The notes under the pieces: generated by a model
Databases searched by the model: none
Told to the model about the DNA's origin: nothing
Seen by the model: the letters and a program-made list of their open reading frames with translations, nothing else
Translations under genes and position numbers: made by a program
DNA from: a virus
IMG/VR virus record: IMGVR_UViG_3300036770_005052
Coordinates: 80,423 to 144,422 of that record
Direction: 5' to 3' (one strand)
DNA: 64,000 nucleotides
Shown: positions 1 to 9,800 of the stretch, in pieces
How positions within the stretch are numbered: position 1 is the first letter of the stretch
How the letters are laid out: every line of letters starts with the position of its first letter

Positions 1-25
1 ACTACTTTTTTGAAGGGAAATTAAT

Positions 26-3000
26 ATGGAAAGGGATATTGAAGTATTTGGTAATGAAGTTTATTTCAATGAAAGAGTAACTTTTTATAAAAATAATTTT
101 CAATCTTCAAAATATCAACTTTCTGAAATATGGGAATCTGAAAATGAAATTCTTCCTGAAGGATCTTTAGGTGTAGAATCTGACACAAACTTTTTTAAGT
201 TTGGAGATGGGGCTACTAGATGGAATGATTTGCCATATGCCTCAACAAACAGTATTCAAGGAACTCAAGGACTTCAGGGAGTAGGATATCAAGGATCACA
301 AGGTCTTCAAGGAAATCAAGGTATTTCTGGAGCTTTTGCCGGAAAAGGAGACCAAGGTACTCAAGGTCTACAAGGATCTCAAGGTCTACAAGGATCTCAA
401 GGTCTACAAGGATCTCAAGGATCTCAAGGATTACAAGGATTACAAGGAAACCAAGGAAACCAAGGAAATCAGGGATTACAAGGAAACCAAGGATTCCAGG
501 GTGGTCAAGGTTTACAAGGTTTTGCAAATCAAGGATCACAAGGTAATCAAGGTCTTCAAGGGAATCAAGGAATTCAAGGAGTTCAAGGATTCTTAAGTAA
601 CTTCCAAGGAACGCAAGGTATTCAAGGTTCTCAAGGATTTCAGGGGTTACAAGGTAATCAAGGAACACAAGGTAATCAAGGAATTCAAGGTAGGCAAGGA
701 ACTCAGGGTAATCAAGGTCTTCAAGGGAATCAAGGAATTCAAGGACTTCAAGGACCTTTAAGTAACTTTCAAGGAACCCAAGGTAATCAAGGGACACAAG
801 GACTACAAGGACTACAAGGACGCCAAGGTCTACAAGGGTCAATTGGTTCTCAAGGAACTCAAGGATTCCAGGGAATACAGGGTAATCAAGGTCTTCAAGG
901 ACTTGATGGTGCTTTTGCCGGTCAAGGTGTCCAAGGTCTTCAAGGAATACAAGGTCGTCAAGGTGCTCAAGGATTAGCAAATCAAGGAGTGCAAGGAAGA
1001 ATCGGTTCTCAAGGATTCCAAGGAATTCAGGGTCGTCAAGGTGCTCAGGGTCGTCAAGGAACACAGGGACCTTTAAGTAACTTCCAAGGAACTCAAGGAG
1101 CTCAAAGTTCTCAAGGAACCCAAGGACTTCAGGGTAATCAAGGAACTCAAGGATTCCAGGGAATACAGGGCAATCAAGCTTCACAGGGACGCCAGGGATC
1201 TCAGGGTTTAAGTACTCAAGGTTCTCAAGGTATTCAGGGTCGCCAAAGTGCTCAAGGTTTACAAGGATTACAAGGACGCCAAGGATCTCAAGGATCTCAA
1301 GGATTACAGGGTGATCAAGGTACTCAAGGTAATCAAGGACTGCAAGGTAATCAAGGACTTCAGGGTAATCAAGGTAATCAAGGATTGCAAGGCAATCAAG
1401 GACTTCAGGGTAATCAAGGAAACCAAGGACTCCAGGGTAATCAAGGTGTTCAAGGTAATCAAGGTCTTCAAGGTAGCCAAGGTACTCAAGGTAATCAAGG
1501 ACTCCAAGGTAATCAAGGACTCCAAGGACTGCAAGGCAATCAAGGACTTCAGGGTAATCAAGGAAACCAAGGGCTCCAGGGTAATCAAGGTTTACAAGGT
1601 AACCAAGGTTTACAAGGACTCCAAGGTTTACAAGGACTTCAAGGTCGCCAAGGTGGTCAAGGAGTTCAAGGAAATCAGGGACTGCAAGGAAATCAGGGAT
1701 TGCAAGGAAATCAGGGACTTCAAGCTAATCAGGGTCTTCAAGGTCTTCAGGGACTTCAAGCTAATCAGGGTCTTCAAGGTCTTCAGGGTCTTCAAGGTCT
1801 TCAGGGTCTTCAAGGTCTTCAGGGTCTTCAAGGTTCTCTAAGTAATTTCCAAGGAACTCAAGGACTTCAAGGTAATCAAGGTCTTCAAGGACCTCAAGGA
1901 CTTTCTGGAGAATTTGCTGGACAAGGAACGCAAGGAACGCAAGGACTCCAAGGTTCTCAAGGTTTACAAGGTCTTCAAGGTTTACAAGGTCTTCAAGGAC
2001 CTTTAAGTAATTTCCAAGGAACTCAAGGACTTCAAGGACCTTTAAGTAATTTCCAAGGAACTCAAGGTAATCAAGGTCTTCAGGGGCTTCAGGGGCTTCA
2101 AGGGCTTCAGGGGCTTCAAGGACTTCAGGGTAATCAAGGATTGCAAGGAACTCAAGGTAATCAAGGTCTTCAGGGTCTTCAGGGTCTTCAAGGATCCTTA
2201 AGTAACTTCCAAGGAACACAAGGTAACCAAGGTGCTCAAGCAACTCAGGGTGCTCAAGGAACTCAAGCAAATCAAGGAATGCAAGGTCTTCAAGGACCTT
2301 TAAGTAACTTCCAAGGAACTCAGGGAAATCAAGGTGTTCAAGGTAATCAAGGTCTTCAAGGTAACCAAGGTACTCAAGGTAATCAAGGCTTACAAGGTCT
2401 TCAAGGATCACAAGGTCTTCAGGGAATGCAAGGTAGTCAAGGACTTCAAGGACCTTTAAGTAACTTTCAAGGAACCCAAGGTAATCAAGGGACACAAGGA
2501 CTACAAGGACTACAAGGACGCCAAGGATCTCAAGGATCTCAAGGATTGCAAGGTAATCAAGGAAATCAAGGGCTTCAAGGGCGCCAAGGTTCTCAGGGAA
2601 CACAAGGACTTCAAGGTTCTCAGGGAACACAAGGACTTCAAGGTTCTCAGGGAACACAAGGTTTACAAGGTATTGGAATTCAAGGTCCACAGGGAACTCA
2701 AGGAACTCAAGGACTTCAAGGTCTTCAAGGTATACAAGGATTACAGGGATTGCAAGGAATTCCAGGCTCAGGAATTATTTTTATTCAAGATGAAAACGAT
2801 CTAGATAAAACTTTTTATCCTTCATTTTTAGAACAAACAAGTGGAACAACAAGCACAGAATATGTTTCTTCTGAAAAATTAGTTTTCAATCCTTCTTCTG
2901 GAAGTATTGGTATAGGCACAAGTATTATTACAAATACACTTACTGTTGCAGGAACAGCTACTGCAACCTCATATTTTGGAGAGGGAGTTAATCTTGTCGG

Positions 3001-6000
3001 TATTGTAACCCAGTTAGTTCCTGGAATTGGTATTGACATTACTAGCACACAAAATCCAGGAAAGGGTGTAGTCAAGGTAGATGCATACAGACCTGTTGGT
3101 AAAACAATATACGTATCTCAAAATGGTGATGATAATAATACTGGATTAGCAGAAAATTATCCAAAGAGAACTATAAAAGCTGCAGCTTCTGTTGCCTTAT
3201 TTGGTGATACAATTAAAGTTTTCCCCGGATCATATGTAGAAGATAACCCAATTGTATTATCAAAAACAGTATCAGTTGAAGGCACTGAACTTAGAAACTG
3301 TGTAGTTACTCCAAGAAATTTAAATCAAGATTTATTCCATGTTAATAATGGTTGCCATATTACTGATGCGAGTTTTATTGGCGCTCCCATGACAAATGGA
3401 GCTGCTGCTGTTGCTCTTCAACCATTGTCAGGAGTTGCGACTGATAGATTTTTTGATGCGGCAAGAATGATTCGTTTTAATTTGGATTATATTGCTCAAG
3501 AATCTGTTGGATTCTTGACAAGTGGATTTAGTGGATTTGCAGGTAGTCATAGGGAGCAAGATGCAGCTAAACTTATTGATTCTAACTTAAATTATATTTC
3601 AAGCGAAGCAGTCGGATTCTTAACATCTCCTTCTGGATATAACTTTACTTTAAACAATAGTGATTATACCAACTGTAGAGAGGATATTGTCAGCATTATG
3701 CAGGCAGTTTCTTATGATTTGAAAGCAAATAGTAATCGCAAATCAATCGGAGCAGGTTATTCTTACTTTAATAACTCGGGTGGATTAATTCATATTACTG
3801 GAGTTGGTGTTTCTGAGGCAACTATTGCCACACTCGATTATGCAGCTGGAATTGCAACTTATATTATCAATAATCAAACACCTCCAATTTCTTATCAGGG
3901 AGTGGGTAATAGTATACCACAAGTTAAAAATCTTTCAGTAATTCAAGTAGAAGGTGGGTGTGTAGGTGTAGGTACGACTATTGGACAATTAGTTGGAATT
4001 GTAACTAATATGATTGGTGCAGGAACGACATTAAATGCACCTTCAGTGAGATATGGAGTTACATTAGAAAGTCAAGATTGTGCTGACGATATTAAGAGTA
4101 TATGGAAGTGTATAATTTTTGATATTACTAGAGGAGGAAATTCAAAATCTGTTTCGGCTGGAAGTGCATATTATGATGAGGAATGGAATTTGAAATCTGG
4201 AATCTTAAAAAATCCAGATGAAGTTAAACAAACTATAGCTACTATAGATTATTCTTTTAACGTCGCAAGAGCAATAATTAACAATTGCTCTTGGGGAGGA
4301 TATCCCGTAGGTCTAGGGACAATAGTTGTAAATGCATCATATAATGAAAATACAGGCATTACTACAATAACTGCAATAAATCATGGATTATCAAATAATG
4401 ACCCAGTTAAAATTGTTGGTTTAGGGTTTACTTGTCCATCAGGTCCAGGTACAATAATATATCCTAGCGGAACTTATGGTTATGTCTTCCCTGTAAAAAA
4501 TGTTTTAAATTCTGATACTTTTGAAGTAGTTGTTGGACAATCTACATTACCACACACGTATGTTTCTGGTGGAACTGCTCAAAAGTATACTAGTTTCCAA
4601 ACAAAATTTACGCAAGTTAAAGATCTTGCAATGCAAGTTGATTCTGAAACTGGATTTAATAATGTAATTACTTCTTGTTCGGATGTTGCATCTGCACTTA
4701 AAACATGTATAGGTATAGTAACTTCTATTGTTGGATTTGGTTCAACTGCATTTTCATATGTTGGATTTAATACAACATATCCTGGAAATAGAGGTAAGGG
4801 ATTTGATACTATTGTTGGTGTTACAAGCGCATTGTATGAAGAAACATCTGGAAAGACTACAATTAAAGCTCCTGGACTACCAGTCAAGGTTGGCGATTTA
4901 ATTGAAGTTAGAAATCTCACATTCTCTTGTTCATCTGGGGGACCAACATTAACACAAAAATTCCCATCAGGTTATTATGGATATGAATTTTATATTACTA
5001 AAATTAATCAAGATGAGTCATTTGAAATTTACACTGGAGTAAGTACTATTCCTCATACATATGTTTCTGGTGGTTATGTCATAAATCGTACAATAGGCGT
5101 CACAACTGCTCAATATGATAATATCACAGGAATTACTACAATTACTGCACCTGGTTTAATTGTTAAGACAGGGGATATAATTACGTTAAGAGATTTAGAA
5201 TTCTCATGTTCAAGTGGTGCGGGAACAACTACTTTGTATCCTACAGGAAATAGAGGATATGCTTTTGAAGTTTTATCTACAGTCAATGAAAAAGATACTT
5301 TTACTGTAAATGTAGGATCATCAACTATTCCGCACAATTATGTTTCTGGAGGAGTTGTTATTCCACCTTACTCTAAGGGTGTTGGTCCAATCACACAAGG
5401 TCCATATGTAAGAAATTGCACCAACTTTATAGCAGATAGTATTGGAATGAAAGTTGATGGTTTCTCTGCTGAGCCAGGAGATCAAGATGATATCGGTGTT
5501 ACTGGAACAATGAGTGTTGACTCATACACCCAATATAATCAAGGTGGTATTGGAGTTTCTATCACAAATGGTGCATATACCCAATTAGTTTCTATCTTTA
5601 CAATCTGCGATGACATTGGAATCTTTACAAAGTCTGGTGGACAGTGTGATATTACAAACTCAAATTGTTCTTTTGGTAATTATGGTCTAGTATCAGATGG
5701 TGTTGGCGATTACACTACTAAGTCAATATATAGATTTACTGGAGAAGTTGTTGAGGACACTGAAGAAGAAACAGCAACGGTTGTTATTTCAGGAGTCGGT
5801 ACTTATAGACCTTATGATGGTCAAGCAATATATTTTGGAGAACTATACTATCAGGTAAATACAATTAATGTTACCAATGGTGGAAATGGTTACAATCCAG
5901 ATAATCCACCAGTGGTTACAATTAGTTCTCCTGAAGGACCTAATGGAATTACTGCAGAAGCATCCGCAAATGTTAATGAATTTGGTCGCATATCATCAAT

Positions 6001-6490
6001 TGATATCATCAGTAATGGTAGCCAATATTTAAATCCACCGTCAATTACTATAGATGGTAATGGAGGAGCCACTGCAGAAGCTGTTATGTATCCACTATAC
6101 TACAGCATTGAATCCGCTTCACTCCCTTCAGCAGGAATTTCAACGGTGGTTCTGACACAAAATCTAAATAGTATTATTGGAGCAGGAACTACTGTTTATT
6201 TTTCCAGATTAAGTCTCCAAATTGCCACCTCAATATCACTTGAATGGGTTGGTTCTGGTACAAATATCAACACAGCAAAACCAGCATTAGGTGGAGTTAC
6301 GATTCAAGCAAATGAAGTCGATAAGAGAAATGGTGGTCAAGTTGTTTATACAAGCACAAACCAAGCAGGTAACTTCCAAATTGGTGAAGGTATTGTTATC
6401 AACCAGCTTACTGGAACTATTAGTGGAAGATCCTTTAGTCAAAGTTTGTTAAATACAGTAACACCATTGATTATTGCTTTAGGTAGATAA
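26..6490 (+). CDS. Giant collagen-like tail fibre/structural protein (Mtd_N-like N-terminus, ~840-aa Gly-X-Gln tract, beta-rich C-terminal region)
   Basis: 2154 aa. N-terminal 'EGSLGVESDTNFFKFGDGATRWNDLPY' resembles the Mtd N-terminal/hyaluronidase-type motif. (G-X-Q)n tract spans ~nt 254-2773. 'IYVSQNGDDNNTG..PKRTIKAA' is a beta-helix entry motif. Three 'Y...TG.TTI.A...ST.PH.YVSGG' repeats occur at ~4320-5360. Confidence 0.8.
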   Translation: MERDIEVFGNEVYFNERVTFYKNNFQSSKYQLSEIWESENEILPEGSLGVESDTNFFKFGDGATRWNDLPYASTNSIQGTQGLQGVGYQGSQGLQGNQGISGAFAGKGDQGTQGLQGSQGLQGSQGLQGSQGSQGLQGLQGNQGNQGNQGLQGNQGFQGGQGLQGFANQGSQGNQGLQGNQGIQGVQGFLSNFQGTQGIQGSQGFQGLQGNQGTQGNQGIQGRQGTQGNQGLQGNQGIQGLQGPLSNFQGTQGNQGTQGLQGLQGRQGLQGSIGSQGTQGFQGIQGNQGLQGLDGAFAGQGVQGLQGIQGRQGAQGLANQGVQGRIGSQGFQGIQGRQGAQGRQGTQGPLSNFQGTQGAQSSQGTQGLQGNQGTQGFQGIQGNQASQGRQGSQGLSTQGSQGIQGRQSAQGLQGLQGRQGSQGSQGLQGDQGTQGNQGLQGNQGLQGNQGNQGLQGNQGLQGNQGNQGLQGNQGVQGNQGLQGSQGTQGNQGLQGNQGLQGLQGNQGLQGNQGNQGLQGNQGLQGNQGLQGLQGLQGLQGRQGGQGVQGNQGLQGNQGLQGNQGLQANQGLQGLQGLQANQGLQGLQGLQGLQGLQGLQGLQGSLSNFQGTQGLQGNQGLQGPQGLSGEFAGQGTQGTQGLQGSQGLQGLQGLQGLQGPLSNFQGTQGLQGPLSNFQGTQGNQGLQGLQGLQGLQGLQGLQGNQGLQGTQGNQGLQGLQGLQGSLSNFQGTQGNQGAQATQGAQGTQANQGMQGLQGPLSNFQGTQGNQGVQGNQGLQGNQGTQGNQGLQGLQGSQGLQGMQGSQGLQGPLSNFQGTQGNQGTQGLQGLQGRQGSQGSQGLQGNQGNQGLQGRQGSQGTQGLQGSQGTQGLQGSQGTQGLQGIGIQGPQGTQGTQGLQGLQGIQGLQGLQGIPGSGIIFIQDENDLDKTFYPSFLEQTSGTTSTEYVSSEKLVFNPSSGSIGIGTSIITNTLTVAGTATATSYFGEGVNLVGIVTQLVPGIGIDITSTQNPGKGVVKVDAYRPVGKTIYVSQNGDDNNTGLAENYPKRTIKAAASVALFGDTIKVFPGSYVEDNPIVLSKTVSVEGTELRNCVVTPRNLNQDLFHVNNGCHITDASFIGAPMTNGAAAVALQPLSGVATDRFFDAARMIRFNLDYIAQESVGFLTSGFSGFAGSHREQDAAKLIDSNLNYISSEAVGFLTSPSGYNFTLNNSDYTNCREDIVSIMQAVSYDLKANSNRKSIGAGYSYFNNSGGLIHITGVGVSEATIATLDYAAGIATYIINNQTPPISYQGVGNSIPQVKNLSVIQVEGGCVGVGTTIGQLVGIVTNMIGAGTTLNAPSVRYGVTLESQDCADDIKSIWKCIIFDITRGGNSKSVSAGSAYYDEEWNLKSGILKNPDEVKQTIATIDYSFNVARAIINNCSWGGYPVGLGTIVVNASYNENTGITTITAINHGLSNNDPVKIVGLGFTCPSGPGTIIYPSGTYGYVFPVKNVLNSDTFEVVVGQSTLPHTYVSGGTAQKYTSFQTKFTQVKDLAMQVDSETGFNNVITSCSDVASALKTCIGIVTSIVGFGSTAFSYVGFNTTYPGNRGKGFDTIVGVTSALYEETSGKTTIKAPGLPVKVGDLIEVRNLTFSCSSGGPTLTQKFPSGYYGYEFYITKINQDESFEIYTGVSTIPHTYVSGGYVINRTIGVTTAQYDNITGITTITAPGLIVKTGDIITLRDLEFSCSSGAGTTTLYPTGNRGYAFEVLSTVNEKDTFTVNVGSSTIPHNYVSGGVVIPPYSKGVGPITQGPYVRNCTNFIADSIGMKVDGFSAEPGDQDDIGVTGTMSVDSYTQYNQGGIGVSITNGAYTQLVSIFTICDDIGIFTKSGGQCDITNSNCSFGNYGLVSDGVGDYTTKSIYRFTGEVVEDTEEETATVVISGVGTYRPYDGQAIYFGELYYQVNTINVTNGGNGYNPDNPPVVTISSPEGPNGITAEASANVNEFGRISSIDIISNGSQYLNPPSITIDGNGGATAEAVMYPLYYSIESASLPSAGISTVVLTQNLNSIIGAGTTVYFSRLSLQIATSISLEWVGSGTNINTAKPALGGVTIQANEVDKRNGGQVVYTSTNQAGNFQIGEGIVINQLTGTISGRSFSQSLLNTVTPLIIALGR
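254..2773 (+). repeat. 9-nt-period coding tandem repeat (Gly-X-Gln collagen-like tract 1)
   Basis: caaggN-NNN periodicity is visible directly; about nine xLSNFQG interruptions. Confidence 0.95.
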
Positions 6491-6491
6491 A

Positions 6492-6854
6492 ATGGCAGCA
6501 GTAGCACTTAATAAATTCAGAACAATTAGAGTTGGTATAACCACCAATAATGTAGGAATATACACTTGTCCAATTGGTGTTGCTTCCATTGTTATTTTGT
6601 CTCAAGTTACAAATATTTCAACTGGAGCCGCAACAAGTACATACACTGTTACTGCTTATCATTCTCGCTCAAAGGAAGCTCCAAATACAGATTATAAATT
6701 TGCAAATGCGGTCCCAATTCCACCAAATGATAGTTATACTTTAGTTTCTGATGGAAGATTGGCATTAGAAACTAATGATGTAATTAAAGTTCAGAGCAAT
6801 GCAAATGGAGCATTAACTTTGCTTTTAAGTGTTTTAGAAACTGCAAAACAATAA
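6492..6854 (+). CDS. Small virion-associated protein (conserved hypothetical, tail-fibre module)
   Basis: 120-aa beta-rich ORF coupled between two fibre genes. Confidence 0.6.
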   Translation: MAAVALNKFRTIRVGITTNNVGIYTCPIGVASIVILSQVTNISTGAATSTYTVTAYHSRSKEAPNTDYKFANAVPIPPNDSYTLVSDGRLALETNDVIKVQSNANGALTLLLSVLETAKQ

Positions 6855-6863
6855 TTAAGATTT

Positions 6864-9800
6864 ATGGTAAGATATAATTCTGGAAGAGTAAGAAAATTTG
6901 ATCAAACAGGTATAACCTCAGATCGATATCAATTTTTGGGTTTAGAGCAAGCAGAACCAGATTTAGGTGATCCTATAGTTGGAGTATCTTCTGTCATCGC
7001 AAATCCAGCTCCTCCAGGAGATCAATATGTATTAGCGGCAGTTGATGGGCAAGTTGGAAAAAGATATTGGTTAAAAAGTACCAATCTTGTAGGAATTGGA
7101 TCCACAGGAACTCAAGGAACTGCTGGTCCTCCTGGATCACAAGGAGTTCAAGGCTCACTCAGTAATTTTCAAGGAACTCAAGGTAGGCAAGGAACTCAAG
7201 GTAATCAAGGTCTTCAAGGGAATCAAGGAATTCAAGGAGTTCAAGGATTCTTAAGTAACTTCCAAGGAACGCAAGGCAATCAAGGTTCTCAAGGAACTCA
7301 AGGTAATCAAGGTCTTCAAGGAACACAAGGTAATCAAGGTCTTCAAGGAACTTCTGGAAATCAAGGTTCTCAAGGTCTACAAGGAAATCAAGGAGTTCAA
7401 GGTGTTCAGGGATTTTTAAGTAATTTCCAAGGAACACAAGGAAATCAAGGTTCTCAAGGTCTACAAGGAAATCAAGGTACTCAAGGTCTACAAGGGTCAA
7501 TTGGTTCTCAAGGAACTCAAGGATTCCAGGGAATACAGGGTAATCAAGGTACTCAAGGTCTACAAGGGTCAATTGGTTCTCAAGGAACTCAAGGATTCCA
7601 GGGAATACAAGGAAATCAAGGTCTCCAAGGTAATTTTGGTAATCAAGGAGTACAAGGAGCACAAGGATCTCAAGGAGTTCAAGGACCTAATGGATCTTTT
7701 GGTGCGAAAGGTGATCAAGGAGTGCAAGGTCTCCAAGGGTTACAAGGAACATCAGTTCAAGGGTCTCAGGGTGCTCAGGGAGTTTTAAGCAATTTCCAAG
7801 GAACTCAGGGTAATCAAGGTATTCAAGGTTCTCAAGGAATGCAAGGAGCTCAGGGAGTTCAAGGATTCTTGAGCAATTTCCAAGGAACTCAGGGTAATCA
7901 AGGTCTTCAAGGGAATCAAGGAATTCAAGGAGTTCAAGGATTCTTAAGTAACTTCCAAGGAACGCAAGGTATTCAAGGTTCTCAAGGTTCTCAAGCAACT
8001 CAAGGTGTTCAAGGAGCACAAGGTTCAATTGGTCCTCAAGGATTTCAAGGACTTCAAAGTTCTCAAGGAATGCAAGGTAATATTGGTAATCAAGGTGGAC
8101 AAGGACTTCAAGGTTTACAGGGAACCCAAGGATTTAGTGGATCCACAGGTTCTAAAGGAGATCAAGGTGCTCAAGGTCTTCAAGGATTACAGGGATCACA
8201 GGGTAATCAAGGATTATCAAATCAAGGACCTCAAGGTCCTCAAGGTTCTCAAGGTTCTCAAGGATTACAAGGTTCTCAAGGAACACAAGGGTTTACTGGA
8301 GGTGAAGGAAGACAAGGAGCTCAAGGACCCCAAGGTGTTCAAGGATTAAGTGGAGGTGAAGGAAGACAAGGAGCTCAGGGACCCCAAGGTGTTCAAGGTG
8401 TTCAAGGTCTTCAAGGTTTTAGTGGTAATGTCGGATCAAAGGGTGATCAGGGCGCTCAAGGTGTTGGAGCACAGGGTACTCAAGGTCTTCAAGGTTTCAG
8501 TGGTAGTATTGGTGGAAAAGGTGACCAAGGAGCACAAGGGATTCAAGGTGTTCAAGGTCTTACTGGAATTTCACCATTAACATCAGCAAGTCTTGCTGTC
8601 ATTGATGCCGCAGTTTCTTCTACAATCAATTTGGGATCTGGAGCAAGACTATCAACGGTTGCTAGTGTCAGTGCAATGGCAACCAGAACTGAAGTTCCTG
8701 GTTCAACTTCAATTGTAGTGTTTGATGGAAATGGAAATAGATCTGCAACAACTGCAGGAAAATATTATTTGTCTGCTGTTTCCAAATTGTTCTATTGGGT
8801 AAATCGTGGTGGTGGTGGATGGGGAGATGACCCAGCTGGTACTACAGTTGAATTGCAGTTTTCTTATGATGGTTCTACAGGATGGACAGCTTTAGATCAA
8901 GTTACAACTTCAATAGTATCTTCCAATAATACTTGGATTCAAAGAGAAATTATATTGTCTAATTTTTCAGGATCTCAATATTATAATGGTGTTTATCTAA
9001 GATTTGTTCAATCTCCATTATCAAGATCTAGTAATGTTGATACTTGGGCATTTACTTCCGTAATTTATCAAGCAGGATCTGCAGGTGGTGGTGGTTCTAC
9101 ATCCACAGGATCTAATTCTTTGGCAGTCATGGATGTTTCATCAACATCTACAATTTCTCTTCCATCATACCCAAGCACATCAGGTGTAAGACTAACCACA
9201 GTTAGTGGCGTTACTGGAATGACATCCAGAACTGAAGTTCCTGGTTCAACTCCAATTGTAGTATTTGATGGAAATGGAATTGCAAATTCCACAAGAACAG
9301 TAACATTACCAAATAGGGTTTATTTGTCAACTGTTAATAAACTTTATTATTGGGTTATTAAAGGTGGTGGTGGATGGGGTGATGAACCTTTTGATACTTT
9401 GTCATTACAATATTCTTATGATGGTACTAATTGGTTAGGTACTATTGATTCTACAGCTTATCAAGATATTTTATCTACAAATACATGGACTCAAAAGTCT
9501 GTAACAGTTCCTGCAGCCGCCAAATATTATAATGGTGTTTACTTAAGATTTTCGCAACCTGGTTATAATACATCTAGTACTTATAGAAGTTGGGCTATAA
9601 CTTCTATTATACCTGATTTTGGTGCTGCTGGTGGGGGAAGTTCTGGTGGATCAACTTCTCTTGCTTTAGTTGATTTATCATCTTCAAATAATTTTGATTT
9701 TCCAACCCCTCAGCCTGGAGCTAGATTAACAACAGTTTCCGCTGTTACTGGAATGGCAACCAGAACTGAAGTTCCTGGTTCAACTCCAATTGTAGTATTT

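Noticed and set aside
216-8580. Long minus-strand and alternate-frame ORFs (e.g. 216-1184, 1248-1841, 1761-2690, 7159-7662)
   Set aside because: Shadows of the 9-nt collagen repeat, which lacks stops in other frames; low-complexity products without expression signals.
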